Of a DNA stretch of 64,000 bases, positions 17,375-26,824 are shown piece by piece. Origin of the DNA: Erysipelotrichaceae bacterium. Its GTDB lineage: Bacteria > Bacillota_I > Bacilli_A > Erysipelotrichales > Erysipelotrichaceae. Where the stretch lies: assembly GCA_034932905.1 (NCBI GenBank), contig JAYFOF010000002.1:70074-134073 (forward strand), in the 5' to 3' direction. Each line of letters begins with the position of its first letter. Positions within the stretch are counted from its first letter, which is position 1. The notes beneath the pieces were generated by a model that did not search any database, was not told the origin of the DNA, and was given only the letters and a program-made list of their open reading frames with translations. Position numbers and translations under genes: made by a program.

Positions 17375-18289
17375 ATGATATTAGATGTAAGAAATATAAA
17401 TAAAAGTTTCTCTGGGAAACAGATTTTATTTGATGTTTCTTTTACCGTAACCGCTGGAAAAGCGATGGGCTTTTTAGGCCGTAACGGTGCAGGAAAAACA
17501 ACGACGATTCGAACGCTGATGAATGTTTTCAAAGCAGACAGCGGTGATTTTTTGCTAGATGGCAAACCCTTTATCGCATCCCAGCATCGTGTCGGCTATT
17601 TACCTGAAGAACGCGGTTTATACGGCAAAGAGAAAATTCTGGATCAGTTAATCTACTTCGGAACACTGCGAGGTGCCAGTACAGCTGAAGCTCGCAAGAG
17701 CGCTGAGTACTGGTTGAATCGGTTTGAATTAACTTATGCAAATCAGCATAAGCTTGAAACACTTTCCAAAGGCAATCAACAGAAAGTTCAGATTGCCCAA
17801 TCCTTGTTAAATGACCCGGATATTATTATTTTGGATGAACCCTTCAGCGGCCTTGATCCGGTGAATTCACAAGTACTTAAAGATGTCATTTCCGAACAGA
17901 TCGGCAAAGGCAAGCTGGTTATTTTCTCCAGCCATCAGATGAATTATGTTGAAGAATTCTGTGATGAGATTTCATTGATTGATCAAGGGCACATCATTCT
18001 CAGCGGAAATTTGAAGACAATAAAAGCTGAAATGGGCAGACAACGTCTGCGATTAAGTGTTCATGATCAGACTTTGGACGAGCTGAAAAAAATCCTGAAC
18101 AGCCATATTTCAAATATCACAATCAACCAAGACCAGCATTCTCTGATCATTCAGCTGGATGAACATAAAAGTAAGCAGTGCTTCTTGGAAGAGCTAATTC
18201 AGCTTAAACTGGATATTGACTTGTTCACGAATTACGAGCCGAGCCTCAATGATATCTTTGTGACGAAAGTTGGTGACGACCATGCATAA
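17375..18289 (+). CDS. ABC transporter ATP-binding protein (ABC-2 / NatA-like)
   Basis: Walker A GRNGAGKTT, signature LSKGNQQK, Walker B IIILDEP. Confidence 0.92.
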   Translation: MILDVRNINKSFSGKQILFDVSFTVTAGKAMGFLGRNGAGKTTTIRTLMNVFKADSGDFLLDGKPFIASQHRVGYLPEERGLYGKEKILDQLIYFGTLRGASTAEARKSAEYWLNRFELTYANQHKLETLSKGNQQKVQIAQSLLNDPDIIILDEPFSGLDPVNSQVLKDVISEQIGKGKLVIFSSHQMNYVEEFCDEISLIDQGHIILSGNLKTIKAEMGRQRLRLSVHDQTLDELKKILNSHISNITINQDQHSLIIQLDEHKSKQCFLEELIQLKLDIDLFTNYEPSLNDIFVTKVGDDHA

Positions 18290-19532
18290 TGTCTTTAAAG
18301 TCTTTAAATTTGAGTTAACTAGCATTATTAACAAGAAATCAATTAAAGTGTCAACAGTAATCATGTGCATCGCAGTTCTAATTGCGACCAGCCTTCCCAC
18401 AATCATAAGTGCTTTCACTTCTTCCGATGACAGCTCCTCAGTGATGACCGATACCGGTCTGGATGTCAGCACCATCGGATTTATGTTTAACAGCCCGGAT
18501 ATCACAGCAGCAGAATTCACCGCTTACGTCGGTTCGCAAATAATAGTCTATACTGATGAAAACGCATTGCGCAAAGATGTCCAATCCGGCACGCTCAGTA
18601 ATGGCTACATCATTCAAGACCAGGCGAATCTGACCAGTATCGTCCAGAATCGAGACATGTATAGTTCTACGGATCAGATTATCATTTCGCTGATGCAGAC
18701 AATCAATCGGGACAAAGCGCTGACGCAAATGGGTATTGATCCGGAAGCGGTTGATGCCGTTTCTTATTCGGCAGTCAATCTTAATGCCGAAATCCTTGGC
18801 AAAGATGCTTCTTCCAGTTTTCTGATATCCTATATTTTAATGTTTGGTGTTTATATGTTGGTAATCATGTATGGTTCCTTTGTTTCAACATCCGTTGCCC
18901 GGGAGAAAGATAACCGGACAATGGAAATTCTGATTACATCAACCAACCCGAGTGCTTTGATTATCGGTAAGGTTTTCGCAAACGCGATCGGTGGCTTTGG
19001 GCAATTCTTCTTAATCATCTGTGCTGGTCTGGCCGGCTATTTGTTGAATCAGGCTAGTTATCCGGACTACATCATGCAGATGTTGTTTTCCGGGTTATCA
19101 CTAGACGCAGTCATGATCTTTCTGTTATTCACCAGTGTCGGATACTTGCTGTATCTGTTTCTTTACGCATCCTTGGGATCGTTGGTTTCGAAAGTTGAAG
19201 ATGTCGGTTCGGCAGTCACGCCAATAACTATGTTATTTATGTTAGCTTACATATGTGCCTCAATCGGTATGAATATGCCGACCAGTATTATCGTTAAGAT
19301 TGGTTCATACATTCCGTTTGTAGCCATTCTGGCAATGCCAATCCGCTATTTTCTGACTTCTGTACCGATCATTGAGTTATTGATATCAATTACTTTGATG
19401 ATCCTTACAACTGTTTTTCTGGCTTATCTTTCGATCAAAATCTACCGGCTTGGATCATTAAGTTACGGGAATAAAATCAGTTTTATCAAAGCTGTCAAAA
19501 TGGTCTTTGCGAAAGATAATATTGATATTTAG
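18282..19532 (+). CDS. ABC-2 family transporter permease (NatB-like)
   Basis: One N-terminal TM helix, a large extracytoplasmic loop, then 5 TM helices. Its ATG overlaps the ATPase stop. Confidence 0.82.
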   Translation: MHNVFKVFKFELTSIINKKSIKVSTVIMCIAVLIATSLPTIISAFTSSDDSSSVMTDTGLDVSTIGFMFNSPDITAAEFTAYVGSQIIVYTDENALRKDVQSGTLSNGYIIQDQANLTSIVQNRDMYSSTDQIIISLMQTINRDKALTQMGIDPEAVDAVSYSAVNLNAEILGKDASSSFLISYILMFGVYMLVIMYGSFVSTSVAREKDNRTMEILITSTNPSALIIGKVFANAIGGFGQFFLIICAGLAGYLLNQASYPDYIMQMLFSGLSLDAVMIFLLFTSVGYLLYLFLYASLGSLVSKVEDVGSAVTPITMLFMLAYICASIGMNMPTSIIVKIGSYIPFVAILAMPIRYFLTSVPIIELLISITLMILTTVFLAYLSIKIYRLGSLSYGNKISFIKAVKMVFAKDNIDI

Positions 19533-19536
19533 AATT

Positions 19537-19562
19537 AAACGGTACCGAATACGGTACCGTTT
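19537..19562 (+). terminator. Intrinsic terminator after the ABC-2 operon
   Basis: AAACGGTACCG aata CGGTACCGTTT, a perfect 11-bp stem. Confidence 0.7.
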
Positions 19563-19819
19563 AAATATTCATGAACAAATGCCAAATGTTTCCCGATCAC
19601 AAGAGTCTGAGATTACTCATTATATCATCTTCACCTTTTGGATTAGCATTTAAGCTAAGTAATCCTGCGCATCATAGCTGTTTACCCAAAGTTGCCGGCG
19701 GCCGCTGATTTTTATTGTTTCTCATAAGTACAGCGAAGTTACGACGTGCGGTTCATGTTCCGTTTTATAAAATGGATCATGATTGTTGCTTTGCCTGCTA
19801 TGTTTTGTCCTGTTTGTGA

Positions 19820-19849
19820 TAAAAAAGCCGATGACGCAAATCATCGGCT
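19820..19849 (-). terminator. Intrinsic terminator after metQ
   Basis: AGCCGATGA / TCATCGGCT stem with a T-run on the minus strand. Confidence 0.75.
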
Positions 19850-19857
19850 GCTGTTAA

Positions 19858-20688
19858 TCAGAATAAGGGAATTACCGCTCCGTCATAAGTGTCGTTGATG
19901 AAATCACGGACTTTATCACTCTGAAGTGCTTTGATCAGCGCCTTGACAGCTTCATTATCTTCATTTCCTTCCTTGACAACCAGAACATTGGCATAGGTTT
20001 GTGCCGCTTCAGAGTCTTTATCTTCAACAGCCAAAGCTTCGCTAACCTTTAAACCGGCTTCTATCGCATAATTACCATTGATTACCGCCAGGTCAACATC
20101 CGGAAGCACTCTTGTCAGCTGAGCCGCTTCCAATTCTTGAATCTGTAAGTTCTTCGGATTATCGACTATATCCAGGACAGTAGCCTCGAGGCCGACGCCT
20201 TCCTTTAAAGTAATCAATCCTTGAGCTGCCAGCAGCTGCAAGGCCCTTGCTTCGTTCGTAGAATCATTCGGAACCGCAATCGTGGCCCCATCAGCTAAAG
20301 CATCAAGCGATGTCGTTTTGCCGGCATAGATTCCATAAGGCTCATAATGAATGGCTGCGACCGCAACCAGATGCGTACCGTTTTCTGCATTGAAATTGGT
20401 CAGATACGGTACATGCTGAAAGTAATTCGCTAACAATTCACCGCTCTCCGTAGCTGTATTCGGCAAGACATAGTCATTGTATTCAATAATCTGTAAATCA
20501 TAACCTTCATCTGCCAAAATTTCCTTGGCGACATTCAGAATTTCCGCATGAGGTGTCACGCTCGCTCCAACTTTGATAACAATCGGATCAGCCGTTTCGG
20601 CTGTTTCATCCGACTCCTTTGTACTGCATCCGGCTAGACCGGCCAGTATGATGAGTGTTGCTAGAATAATTTTAATTGTTTTTTTCAT
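19858..20688 (-). CDS. metQ: Methionine ABC transporter substrate-binding lipoprotein (NlpA/MetQ family)
   Basis: Lipobox LAGC, then IKVGASVTPHAEIL ... YFQHVPYL, typical of MetQ. Confidence 0.9.
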   Translation of the reverse strand: MKKTIKIILATLIILAGLAGCSTKESDETAETADPIVIKVGASVTPHAEILNVAKEILADEGYDLQIIEYNDYVLPNTATESGELLANYFQHVPYLTNFNAENGTHLVAVAAIHYEPYGIYAGKTTSLDALADGATIAVPNDSTNEARALQLLAAQGLITLKEGVGLEATVLDIVDNPKNLQIQELEAAQLTRVLPDVDLAVINGNYAIEAGLKVSEALAVEDKDSEAAQTYANVLVVKEGNEDNEAVKALIKALQSDKVRDFINDTYDGAVIPLF

Positions 20689-20702
20689 AAATTTCTTTCT
20701 CC

Positions 20703-21365
20703 TTATTTTATTCGTTTATCGCTGACTTTAGCGACTTTCATACCAATTTCCTGAAACAGCTGTACGATGATTACCAGCAGGATGACAGTAATGAACATAA
20801 CACCTTCCTGATAACGATAATATCCGTAGTTGATAGCAATAGCTCCTAATCCTCCGCCTCCGACAAAACCAGCCATAGCTGAATATCCTAAAATTGCCGT
20901 AATCGTTATTGCTGCTCCGATCAGCAAGGAAGGACGGGCTTCCGGTAGTAATACTTTGTAGATAATCTGGATTGGACGACACCCCATGGATTGAGCAGCT
21001 TCGATAACGCCGCTGTCAACCTCTTTCAGCGATGATTCTACCATTCGAGCAACAAAAGGCGTTGCCGAAACGACTAACGGTACGATTGTCGCCGTCGATC
21101 CGATGGTTGTTCCTAGTACGGCTCTTGTGAACGGCATGATTGCCACTAACAAGATGATAAAAGGAACAGAGCGGATGAAATTAATAATGAACCCTAAAAC
21201 TTTATGAACAACGGGCATTCGGAAAACCCAATTCTCATCCGTCACACATAATAAAATTCCAAACGGGATTCCTAATCCATAAGCAATCACCGTGGAAACG
21301 ATAACCATATACAAGGTTTCCAGTATTCCTTTTCCGATTAGATCAAACATCTGCAGCGACAGCAT
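20703..21365 (-). CDS. metI: Methionine ABC transporter permease
   Basis: ETLYMV..., an EAA-like loop SLKEVDSGVIEAAQSMGC, and 5 TM helices. The start is ATG 21365 or 21350, both overlapping the metN 3' end. The track's longer N-terminus lies inside metN. Confidence 0.88.
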   Translation of the reverse strand: MLSLQMFDLIGKGILETLYMVIVSTVIAYGLGIPFGILLCVTDENWVFRMPVVHKVLGFIINFIRSVPFIILLVAIMPFTRAVLGTTIGSTATIVPLVVSATPFVARMVESSLKEVDSGVIEAAQSMGCRPIQIIYKVLLPEARPSLLIGAAITITAILGYSAMAGFVGGGGLGAIAINYGYYRYQEGVMFITVILLVIIVQLFQEIGMKVAKVSDKRIK

Positions 21366-22356
21366 CAAATTCCTCCTTTTTATAATCGATATGCTTAGCA
21401 TCAAGATACCAATAAACCTTAGCTGCGTCTGATTCCTTTTCCGGCAGCTGTAGAAGCATTTCCCCGTAGACCTTACTGTCAATCGTATTGGTATTCGCAT
21501 ATAAAATACTGACTGGAACACCGCTTTCGATCGCCATTTGTGTTATAAGCGGTTCAAATGCCGAATTGCCGTCAAAGATCAGACGAATACATCGCTGTCC
21601 AGGTAATAAAGCGATTTCCGTCGGCTTTGACAGAATCAGTTTCCGTGCGATAGCGGATTTTGGTTTGCGGAATATTTCCGTAACCTCACCGATCTCAACA
21701 ATCTGAGTTTCATTGATAACAGCAATACGTTGGCAGATTTTTTTTACCACCTGCATTTCATGTGTCACCATGATAATCGTTACTTTCAATTTTTGATTAA
21801 TATCCTGCAGGAGTTCCAGGATGGAACGCGTCGTTTCCGGGTCCAGTGCACTGGTTACTTCATCGCACAGCAGTACTTTCGGATTGGTTGCTAAAGCGCG
21901 AGCAATCGCCACCCGTTGTTTCTGACCGCCGGATAACTGCGAAGGATAAGCTTTCAATTTATCTTCTAAACCGACCAGTTTTAGTAAAGCAATAGCTCGC
22001 GTTTGCGCTTCCGCTCGCGGGACACCGGCAACTTCCAATGGAAAGCACACATTGTTCAGAGCATTGCGCTGGGATAATAAGTTAAAGTTCTGAAAGATCA
22101 TTCCCATTGACTGCCGGATAATCCTTAAATCCGCTGATGTACAGGATCCAAGAGCAACTCCATCAAAGATGACCTCCCCTTGCTTTGGTTTCTCTAAATA
22201 ATTAATGCAACGGATCAAAGTGCTTTTGCCGGCTCCGCTAAGACCGATAATACCGAAGATTTCCCCCTCCTCAATCGTCAAATTGATATTTTTCAAAACT
22301 TCCAGCGGTCCGTTACTCGTCGCAAATTCTTTCGAGACATTTATCAGATTGATCAT
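21343..22356 (-). CDS. metN: Methionine ABC transporter ATP-binding protein with a C-terminal NIL domain
   Basis: Walker A GLSGAGKST, signature LSGGQKQR, Walker B LLCDEVTSALD, and a C-terminal NIL-like domain. Start at MINLINVSKEF with RBS GAAGGGGGA. Confidence 0.93.
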   Translation of the reverse strand: MINLINVSKEFATSNGPLEVLKNINLTIEEGEIFGIIGLSGAGKSTLIRCINYLEKPKQGEVIFDGVALGSCTSADLRIIRQSMGMIFQNFNLLSQRNALNNVCFPLEVAGVPRAEAQTRAIALLKLVGLEDKLKAYPSQLSGGQKQRVAIARALATNPKVLLCDEVTSALDPETTRSILELLQDINQKLKVTIIMVTHEMQVVKKICQRIAVINETQIVEIGEVTEIFRKPKSAIARKLILSKPTEIALLPGQRCIRLIFDGNSAFEPLITQMAIESGVPVSILYANTNTIDSKVYGEMLLQLPEKESDAAKVYWYLDAKHIDYKKEEFDAVAADV

Positions 22357-22380
22357 TTTTCCCCCTTCGCAAACCAAAAT

Positions 22381-22410
22381 AAAACAACAGAACGATATTC
22401 TTTCTGTTGC
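22381..22410 (-). terminator. Intrinsic terminator (candidate attenuator) between the leader ORF and metN
   Basis: Minus strand CAACAGAA agaatatcg TTCTGTTG followed by TTTTATTTT, ending 25 nt upstream of the metN ATG. Confidence 0.6.
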
Positions 22411-22449
22411 TTAACCTTACTGATATTCGCAGTATCTTCATCACATTAT

Positions 22450-22569
22450 CTAAAGGTGATGGCGGTTATGGACAAAAAGCATATCAAAAAAGGTACAGTT
22501 CATCATGCACATAGCCATGCTGCACATATCCATAACATCGTTTTTATTCGTAACTGAACTTTTCATCAT
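22450..22569 (-). CDS. 39-codon Met/Cys-rich leader ORF upstream of metNIQ (candidate regulatory leader peptide)
   Basis: My translation reads MMKSSVTNKNDVMDMCSMAMCMMNCTFFDMLFVHNRHHL*. RBS GGGAG lies 5 nt upstream. It is too short for the ORF track. It sits between the promoter and the terminator. Confidence 0.4.
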   Translation of the reverse strand: MMKSSVTNKNDVMDMCSMAMCMMNCTFFDMLFVHNRHHL

Positions 22570-22594
22570 GCTTCTCCCTTCTGCTAATGGTTAG

Positions 22595-22623
22595 ATTTTA
22601 TGTTAAATAACTAAACATGTCAA
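22595..22623 (-). promoter_or_regulatory. Near-consensus sigma-A promoter of the met leader / metNIQ operon
   Basis: Minus strand TTGACA-17 nt-TAAAAT. Confidence 0.7.
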
Positions 22624-22640
22624 TATCTTTTTCATTTATT

Positions 22641-23834
22641 TCATTCAGCAACGCTTTTTTGTTTCATAAATAAATGATTAATGACTTTCAAAAGAATGAC
22701 AGCCAACAAGGCATAGACCAGCAAATAACTGAAAGCCAGACTCATTGTATTGGTGCCGGCATAAATGATCCCAAATAAGGTCGTGCCCAGCAGAGAACTA
22801 AATAAAGAATACGTTCCTTGAATACTGAAATTACTGGGATAGTATTTCTTGCCAAAGGTTTTCAGAATATAGGTGGATGAGATGCTTGGAACACCACCAA
22901 AACTCAAACCGATAAAGATATAAGACAGATAGATAAAAAGCACCTGCCGGCTGATGAATACACCGAATAATGATAAAACAGCCATGACAAACAGTGCTGT
23001 AGAGATTGTCATTGCCATCTTCCGGCCCTTTTTATCATAAATTACACCATATACAACACGGCTTAATGAATTGCACAGAGAAATAGCCATAGAAAGCACC
23101 GCCGCTACTGACACGGAGATCCCGACACTCTTCGCAATAAAAACCGCATTGCCCGAAATAGAAGTACAGCCAGCTAGCAACAGGATACTCCAGGCAAAAT
23201 AGATATAAAATTTATTTGAATGTATCATCGCTTTGGTATTAACATCTTCAGCCGTATCCGCCGGTTCGGCCTTCGAATTATTCAGCCGGTTTTGGCGGAT
23301 GATCGTCGAAGCCAATAATGATACGCTTCCGGCTATGACAGCTACCAAGCGCATCGCCGGACGCCAGCCCATCGCCTGGATGGCATAGGTGGTCGGCAGG
23401 TTGAACATAAAAGCCGTCAGACCGGTACCCATCAGTAAAATACCGCTGGCAAACCCGGCTTTCTCGGGATACCAGCCAATGATTGCGGTTAATAACGATT
23501 TATAGGCAAATCCCGCGCCAAGATTGAAAATTAAACTGTAAGTAAGATACATGGTTTTAACATCATAACTCAGACTCGTTAATGTAAGGCCCAGACTGAT
23601 CATCATCGAAGCGATGATCATGGAAAGATTGAACGGTAATTTCTTATACATGAAACCGCTGATTACACCGCCTGTACAAAAACAGATCTGAGAAAAGGAA
23701 AAAACCATGCTCGCACTGGCAACCGTACAATTAACACTTGCTTGCACATAAGCTGAAAACACCGTCCAGTTATACATCAACCCATATGTACACATCGCAA
23801 AGGCACCTAGCAATAAATAAATTTTTCTTTTCAT
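22641..23834 (-). CDS. MFS transporter (oxalate/formate antiporter-like family)
   Basis: 397 aa with 12 predicted TM helices in a 6+6 arrangement and a central loop. Confidence 0.85.
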   Translation of the reverse strand: MKRKIYLLLGAFAMCTYGLMYNWTVFSAYVQASVNCTVASASMVFSFSQICFCTGGVISGFMYKKLPFNLSMIIASMMISLGLTLTSLSYDVKTMYLTYSLIFNLGAGFAYKSLLTAIIGWYPEKAGFASGILLMGTGLTAFMFNLPTTYAIQAMGWRPAMRLVAVIAGSVSLLASTIIRQNRLNNSKAEPADTAEDVNTKAMIHSNKFYIYFAWSILLLAGCTSISGNAVFIAKSVGISVSVAAVLSMAISLCNSLSRVVYGVIYDKKGRKMAMTISTALFVMAVLSLFGVFISRQVLFIYLSYIFIGLSFGGVPSISSTYILKTFGKKYYPSNFSIQGTYSLFSSLLGTTLFGIIYAGTNTMSLAFSYLLVYALLAVILLKVINHLFMKQKSVAE

Positions 23835-24005
23835 ATAGTAGCTTCTATCCCTTATCGGTCATAATTCATCCTGCTGAATTTACACCACGATGAATAGTAT
23901 ATCAGATTACCGAAATTATGAACCGAGGAAATTAGCCAATACTGTTATTTTCACCAAATAAAGCCGAGATCTTAGTGCTATAATAGGATTAAAGGAAGTG
24001 TTATC

Positions 24006-24779
24006 ATGTGGAACAGTTTTCGTACTGACGTCTATGACGGAATGACAGCGGAAGTAATTACGCTGGCGGCCGAACAAAACGATTCGATCCATGCTTATCT
24101 GGCTAAACCATTAGGTCAAGGACCCTATCCTGCCGTAGTTCTGATTCCGCATATGCCTGGCTGGGATGAGTTTTACCGTGAAACAGCGAGACGTTTTGCT
24201 CAGCATGGTTTCATCGCTGTCTGTCCGGATATTTACAGCCGTTTTGGTTATGGTACGCCGACCGAGGTCGCAAATCTGGCCAAACAAGCCGGAGGCGTTA
24301 GTGATCAAAGTGTCATGAACGACTGCCGCCAATCGATTAAATTTCTTAAAAACCTCAATAATACCAATCAGAAAATCGGAATCATCGGAACATGTTCCGG
24401 CGGACGGCATGCTTATTTGGCCGCTTGCACGCTGGAAGGAATCGATGCGGCTGTGGATTGCTGGGGCGGCCGCGTAACGGCCGAACCGGATGAGCTTACC
24501 GCCGCACAGCCGAAGGCTCCGATCGATTATACGGAACAGCTGAACTGCCCGCTGTTGGGCATTTTCGGTAATGACGATCATTCGCCGTCGGCCAAACAAG
24601 TTGATCAGCTTGAAGCAACCTTGAAAAAATATCATAAATCATATCAATTCTACCGCTATGACAATGCCGGACATGGATTCTGGTATTATCATACGGATCT
24701 GTATCGGCCCCAACAAGCCATGGATTCTTGGGAAAAGGTCCTGACTTTCTTTCATGAGCAGCTCCGAAACAACACCTAA
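24006..24779 (+). CDS. Dienelactone hydrolase family protein
   Basis: PAVVLIPHMPGWDEF, a nucleophile elbow GTCSGG, and C-terminal GHGF. An extended -10 element TGCTATAAT lies upstream. Confidence 0.85.
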   Translation: MWNSFRTDVYDGMTAEVITLAAEQNDSIHAYLAKPLGQGPYPAVVLIPHMPGWDEFYRETARRFAQHGFIAVCPDIYSRFGYGTPTEVANLAKQAGGVSDQSVMNDCRQSIKFLKNLNNTNQKIGIIGTCSGGRHAYLAACTLEGIDAAVDCWGGRVTAEPDELTAAQPKAPIDYTEQLNCPLLGIFGNDDHSPSAKQVDQLEATLKKYHKSYQFYRYDNAGHGFWYYHTDLYRPQQAMDSWEKVLTFFHEQLRNNT

Positions 24780-25926
24780 TTCGTTTGTCGTCATGGCCAA
24801 ACCTGTCGGTTCAAACTGTAACATGAACTGCCGCTACTGTTACTACTTGAAGACAAAACAGCTTTATCCGGCTCCGTTTGAAAAAATGTCCGATGAATTA
24901 CTCATGAACTTTATCCGGCAATATATCAGTGCTAATCCCGGACCGGTCATTTCTTTTTTTTGGCATGGCGGTGAACCGACGCTGATCGGCTTGCCTTTCT
25001 ACCGTCAAGTCATTGGCTGGCAAAAACGTTTTTTACCAGAAGGATGGAAGTGCTGGAACAATATTCAAACCAATGGTTTAATTATTAATGATGAGTGGGC
25101 CGAATTTCTGGCAGCGCATCATTTTGATGTTGGTATCAGCATTGATGGAAGTCAAACATTACATGATCAAAACCGGCTGGATCAGCTCGGTAATGGAACC
25201 TATGAGCGCGTGACCAACGCAATTCGTTTGTTACAGAAACACGGCCTTCAACCAGACTTATTATGTACAGTCAACAGTCAGAATGTTGCTTATCCGCTGG
25301 CGGTATATCAGGCATTGAAAGAACTTAATACCGGCTGGATGCAATTTATACCAATTATTGAAATCAATCCGCAGAAACAATTAACAGCTGAAACTGTCGA
25401 CAGCTTGGCTTATGGCCAGTTTTTATCTGTAATTTTTGATCAGTGGATTCAATATGATTTGAACACGACAGATATTCAGTTATTTGCGGAAATGTATCTG
25501 ATCAGCTGTCATAAAGCACCCAATGTCTGCTGGCTGGCAGCCCAATGCGGCCAAGTTCTAGTTCTTGAACACAACGGTGATGTTTATAGCTGTGATCATT
25601 TTGTTGACCAGACACATCGCCTGGGTAATATCAATGACACCAGTTTAGCTTTATTAAGCCGGATGTCAATTCAAAAGGATTTCGGTTTGGCTAAACAGCT
25701 GTCTTTATCTGAAAAATGTCTAAACTGCCGCTGGCTTTCCTACTGCCGCGGCGGCTGTCTGAAAGACCGCCTGCCGGATCACTCTTCATCGGTTAATTAT
25801 TTATGCACCGGACTGCAGTATTTCTTCGCACACATTGATAAGCCCTTTAAACGCTATTGCTACCTACGAAAAAAAGGCTGCACCAAGGCAGCCATCATGC
25901 AGACAATTCGTGAAGAATACTACTAA
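24754..25926 (+). CDS. Anaerobic sulfatase-maturating enzyme (radical SAM / SPASM)
   Basis: KPVGSNCNMNCRYCYY is a CxxxCxxC radical SAM cluster. GGEPTL is present, and the C-terminal Cys-rich SPASM region reads CxxC...CRGGC. Its 5' end overlaps the preceding gene by 26 nt. Confidence 0.88.
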   Translation: MSSSETTPNSFVVMAKPVGSNCNMNCRYCYYLKTKQLYPAPFEKMSDELLMNFIRQYISANPGPVISFFWHGGEPTLIGLPFYRQVIGWQKRFLPEGWKCWNNIQTNGLIINDEWAEFLAAHHFDVGISIDGSQTLHDQNRLDQLGNGTYERVTNAIRLLQKHGLQPDLLCTVNSQNVAYPLAVYQALKELNTGWMQFIPIIEINPQKQLTAETVDSLAYGQFLSVIFDQWIQYDLNTTDIQLFAEMYLISCHKAPNVCWLAAQCGQVLVLEHNGDVYSCDHFVDQTHRLGNINDTSLALLSRMSIQKDFGLAKQLSLSEKCLNCRWLSYCRGGCLKDRLPDHSSSVNYLCTGLQYFFAHIDKPFKRYCYLRKKGCTKAAIMQTIREEYY

Positions 25927-26533
25927 GGCGCCTTTCAGTCTGGGTTAATTTAGCAACCTGTCTTTCAAAAGCGGCTAAATGATTAACAGAAGCGTCTCGT
26001 AAAGCTTCAAATACCCTTTGGATATCTTCCGGAAGCTCATAATTCAAGAAACGATCATACATCGCAATATTATTGATTTCAGCAGTAATGCCGGTTTGCG
26101 CCGCCATTAAGAGTGACTCCGGAATGACCACATGATCAGCGGATGGATCCTCAGGGAAAGTAATACCATATGTTAAAGTTAAAACCCTTAATGCATCCAA
26201 ATGTGCCGCTTCCGCCGAAATGATATTATCGTATGGAGCTTTTACATCATAGTTACGGATAATCCCGGCATATTCCGCGTACGCTGCATATTCATCCTGG
26301 ACGGCATAATTTAGCATATCAATGATTGTCAGCTGCTCATCATTTAATGCTCCGGTTGAACCATATCCGCTTAGTGACAGCTGTCGATCAGCCGAACTTA
26401 GAGCTGACTCGATAATAACCGGGGTAAAGGTTCTTGCGGCTGCCGCAAAATCGTCCGCAGCTGTTTCATTAGCACAAGCCGTTAAACTGAATCCCAGCAG
26501 TGCCAGCATGATCAGCTTACGCATAATCTTCAT
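25895..26533 (-). CDS. DUF2202 / ferritin-like lipoprotein
   Basis: Lipobox LTAC. Repeated ferritin-like helices (AVQDEYAAYAEY, SAEAAHLDAL, ITAEINNIAMY, DASVNHLAAFE). The 3' end overlaps the maturase 3' end by 32 nt. Confidence 0.7.
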   Translation of the reverse strand: MKIMRKLIMLALLGFSLTACANETAADDFAAAARTFTPVIIESALSSADRQLSLSGYGSTGALNDEQLTIIDMLNYAVQDEYAAYAEYAGIIRNYDVKAPYDNIISAEAAHLDALRVLTLTYGITFPEDPSADHVVIPESLLMAAQTGITAEINNIAMYDRFLNYELPEDIQRVFEALRDASVNHLAAFERQVAKLTQTERRLSSILHELSA

Positions 26534-26545
26534 ATTGACAATTCT

Positions 26546-26824
26546 TTATTGATTTACGCAATTACCAAGCCCGCGCTTGTTTCCGTTGCCAATCAACTGT
26601 CTGTTCAGACATGTTTGTAAACTGTTCTTTGTCTCATCGTCATCCTGCAGCTGCTGTTTCTGCTGTAAACGTGTTTGGGTCATCAGACTGACTGCTGTCT
26701 GATTGCCGGTACAATAACCCCCATTCTGGTCGGCATTACCGTAATAGGCATAGGTCCCGACTGTCGCTGCGGACAGTAACAGAACGGTTGTAGTGATGAA
26801 AACGCCTTTTTTTAGATTAAACAT
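26546..26824 (-). CDS. Small secreted protein of unknown function
   Basis: 92 aa with an N-terminal signal/TM helix, a Q-rich middle and 3 Cys. It lies 12 nt upstream of the DUF2202 gene. Confidence 0.5.
   Translation of the reverse strand: MFNLKKGVFITTTVLLLSAATVGTYAYYGNADQNGGYCTGNQTAVSLMTQTRLQQKQQLQDDDETKNSLQTCLNRQLIGNGNKRGLGNCVNQ

Noticed and set aside
20703-21521. Long form of metI (272 aa) and the in-frame ORF 20728..20982
   Set aside because: The first ~52 residues are read from inside the metN coding region and look non-protein-like. The real start is an ATG overlapping the metN stop. ORF 20728..20982 is an alternative frame inside metI.
22381-22640. An S-box (SAM-I) riboswitch or Met T-box was expected upstream of metNIQ
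   Set aside because: I could not find the conserved S-box core or a T-box/specifier-loop arrangement on the minus strand. The leader is only about 200 nt and is mostly occupied by the small ORF. This needs a covariance-model scan to be definitive.
24111-24635. 174-aa ORF antisense to the dienelactone hydrolase gene. Similar long antisense ORFs occur at 61376..61882, 18194..18728, 36416..36730, 38269..38589, 51206..51604 and 13238..13614.
   Set aside because: Each lies entirely inside a gene with clear family motifs on the opposite strand. None has a recognisable motif or RBS, and all have odd composition (Arg/Ser/Ile/Cys-rich), as expected from reading a real gene backwards.
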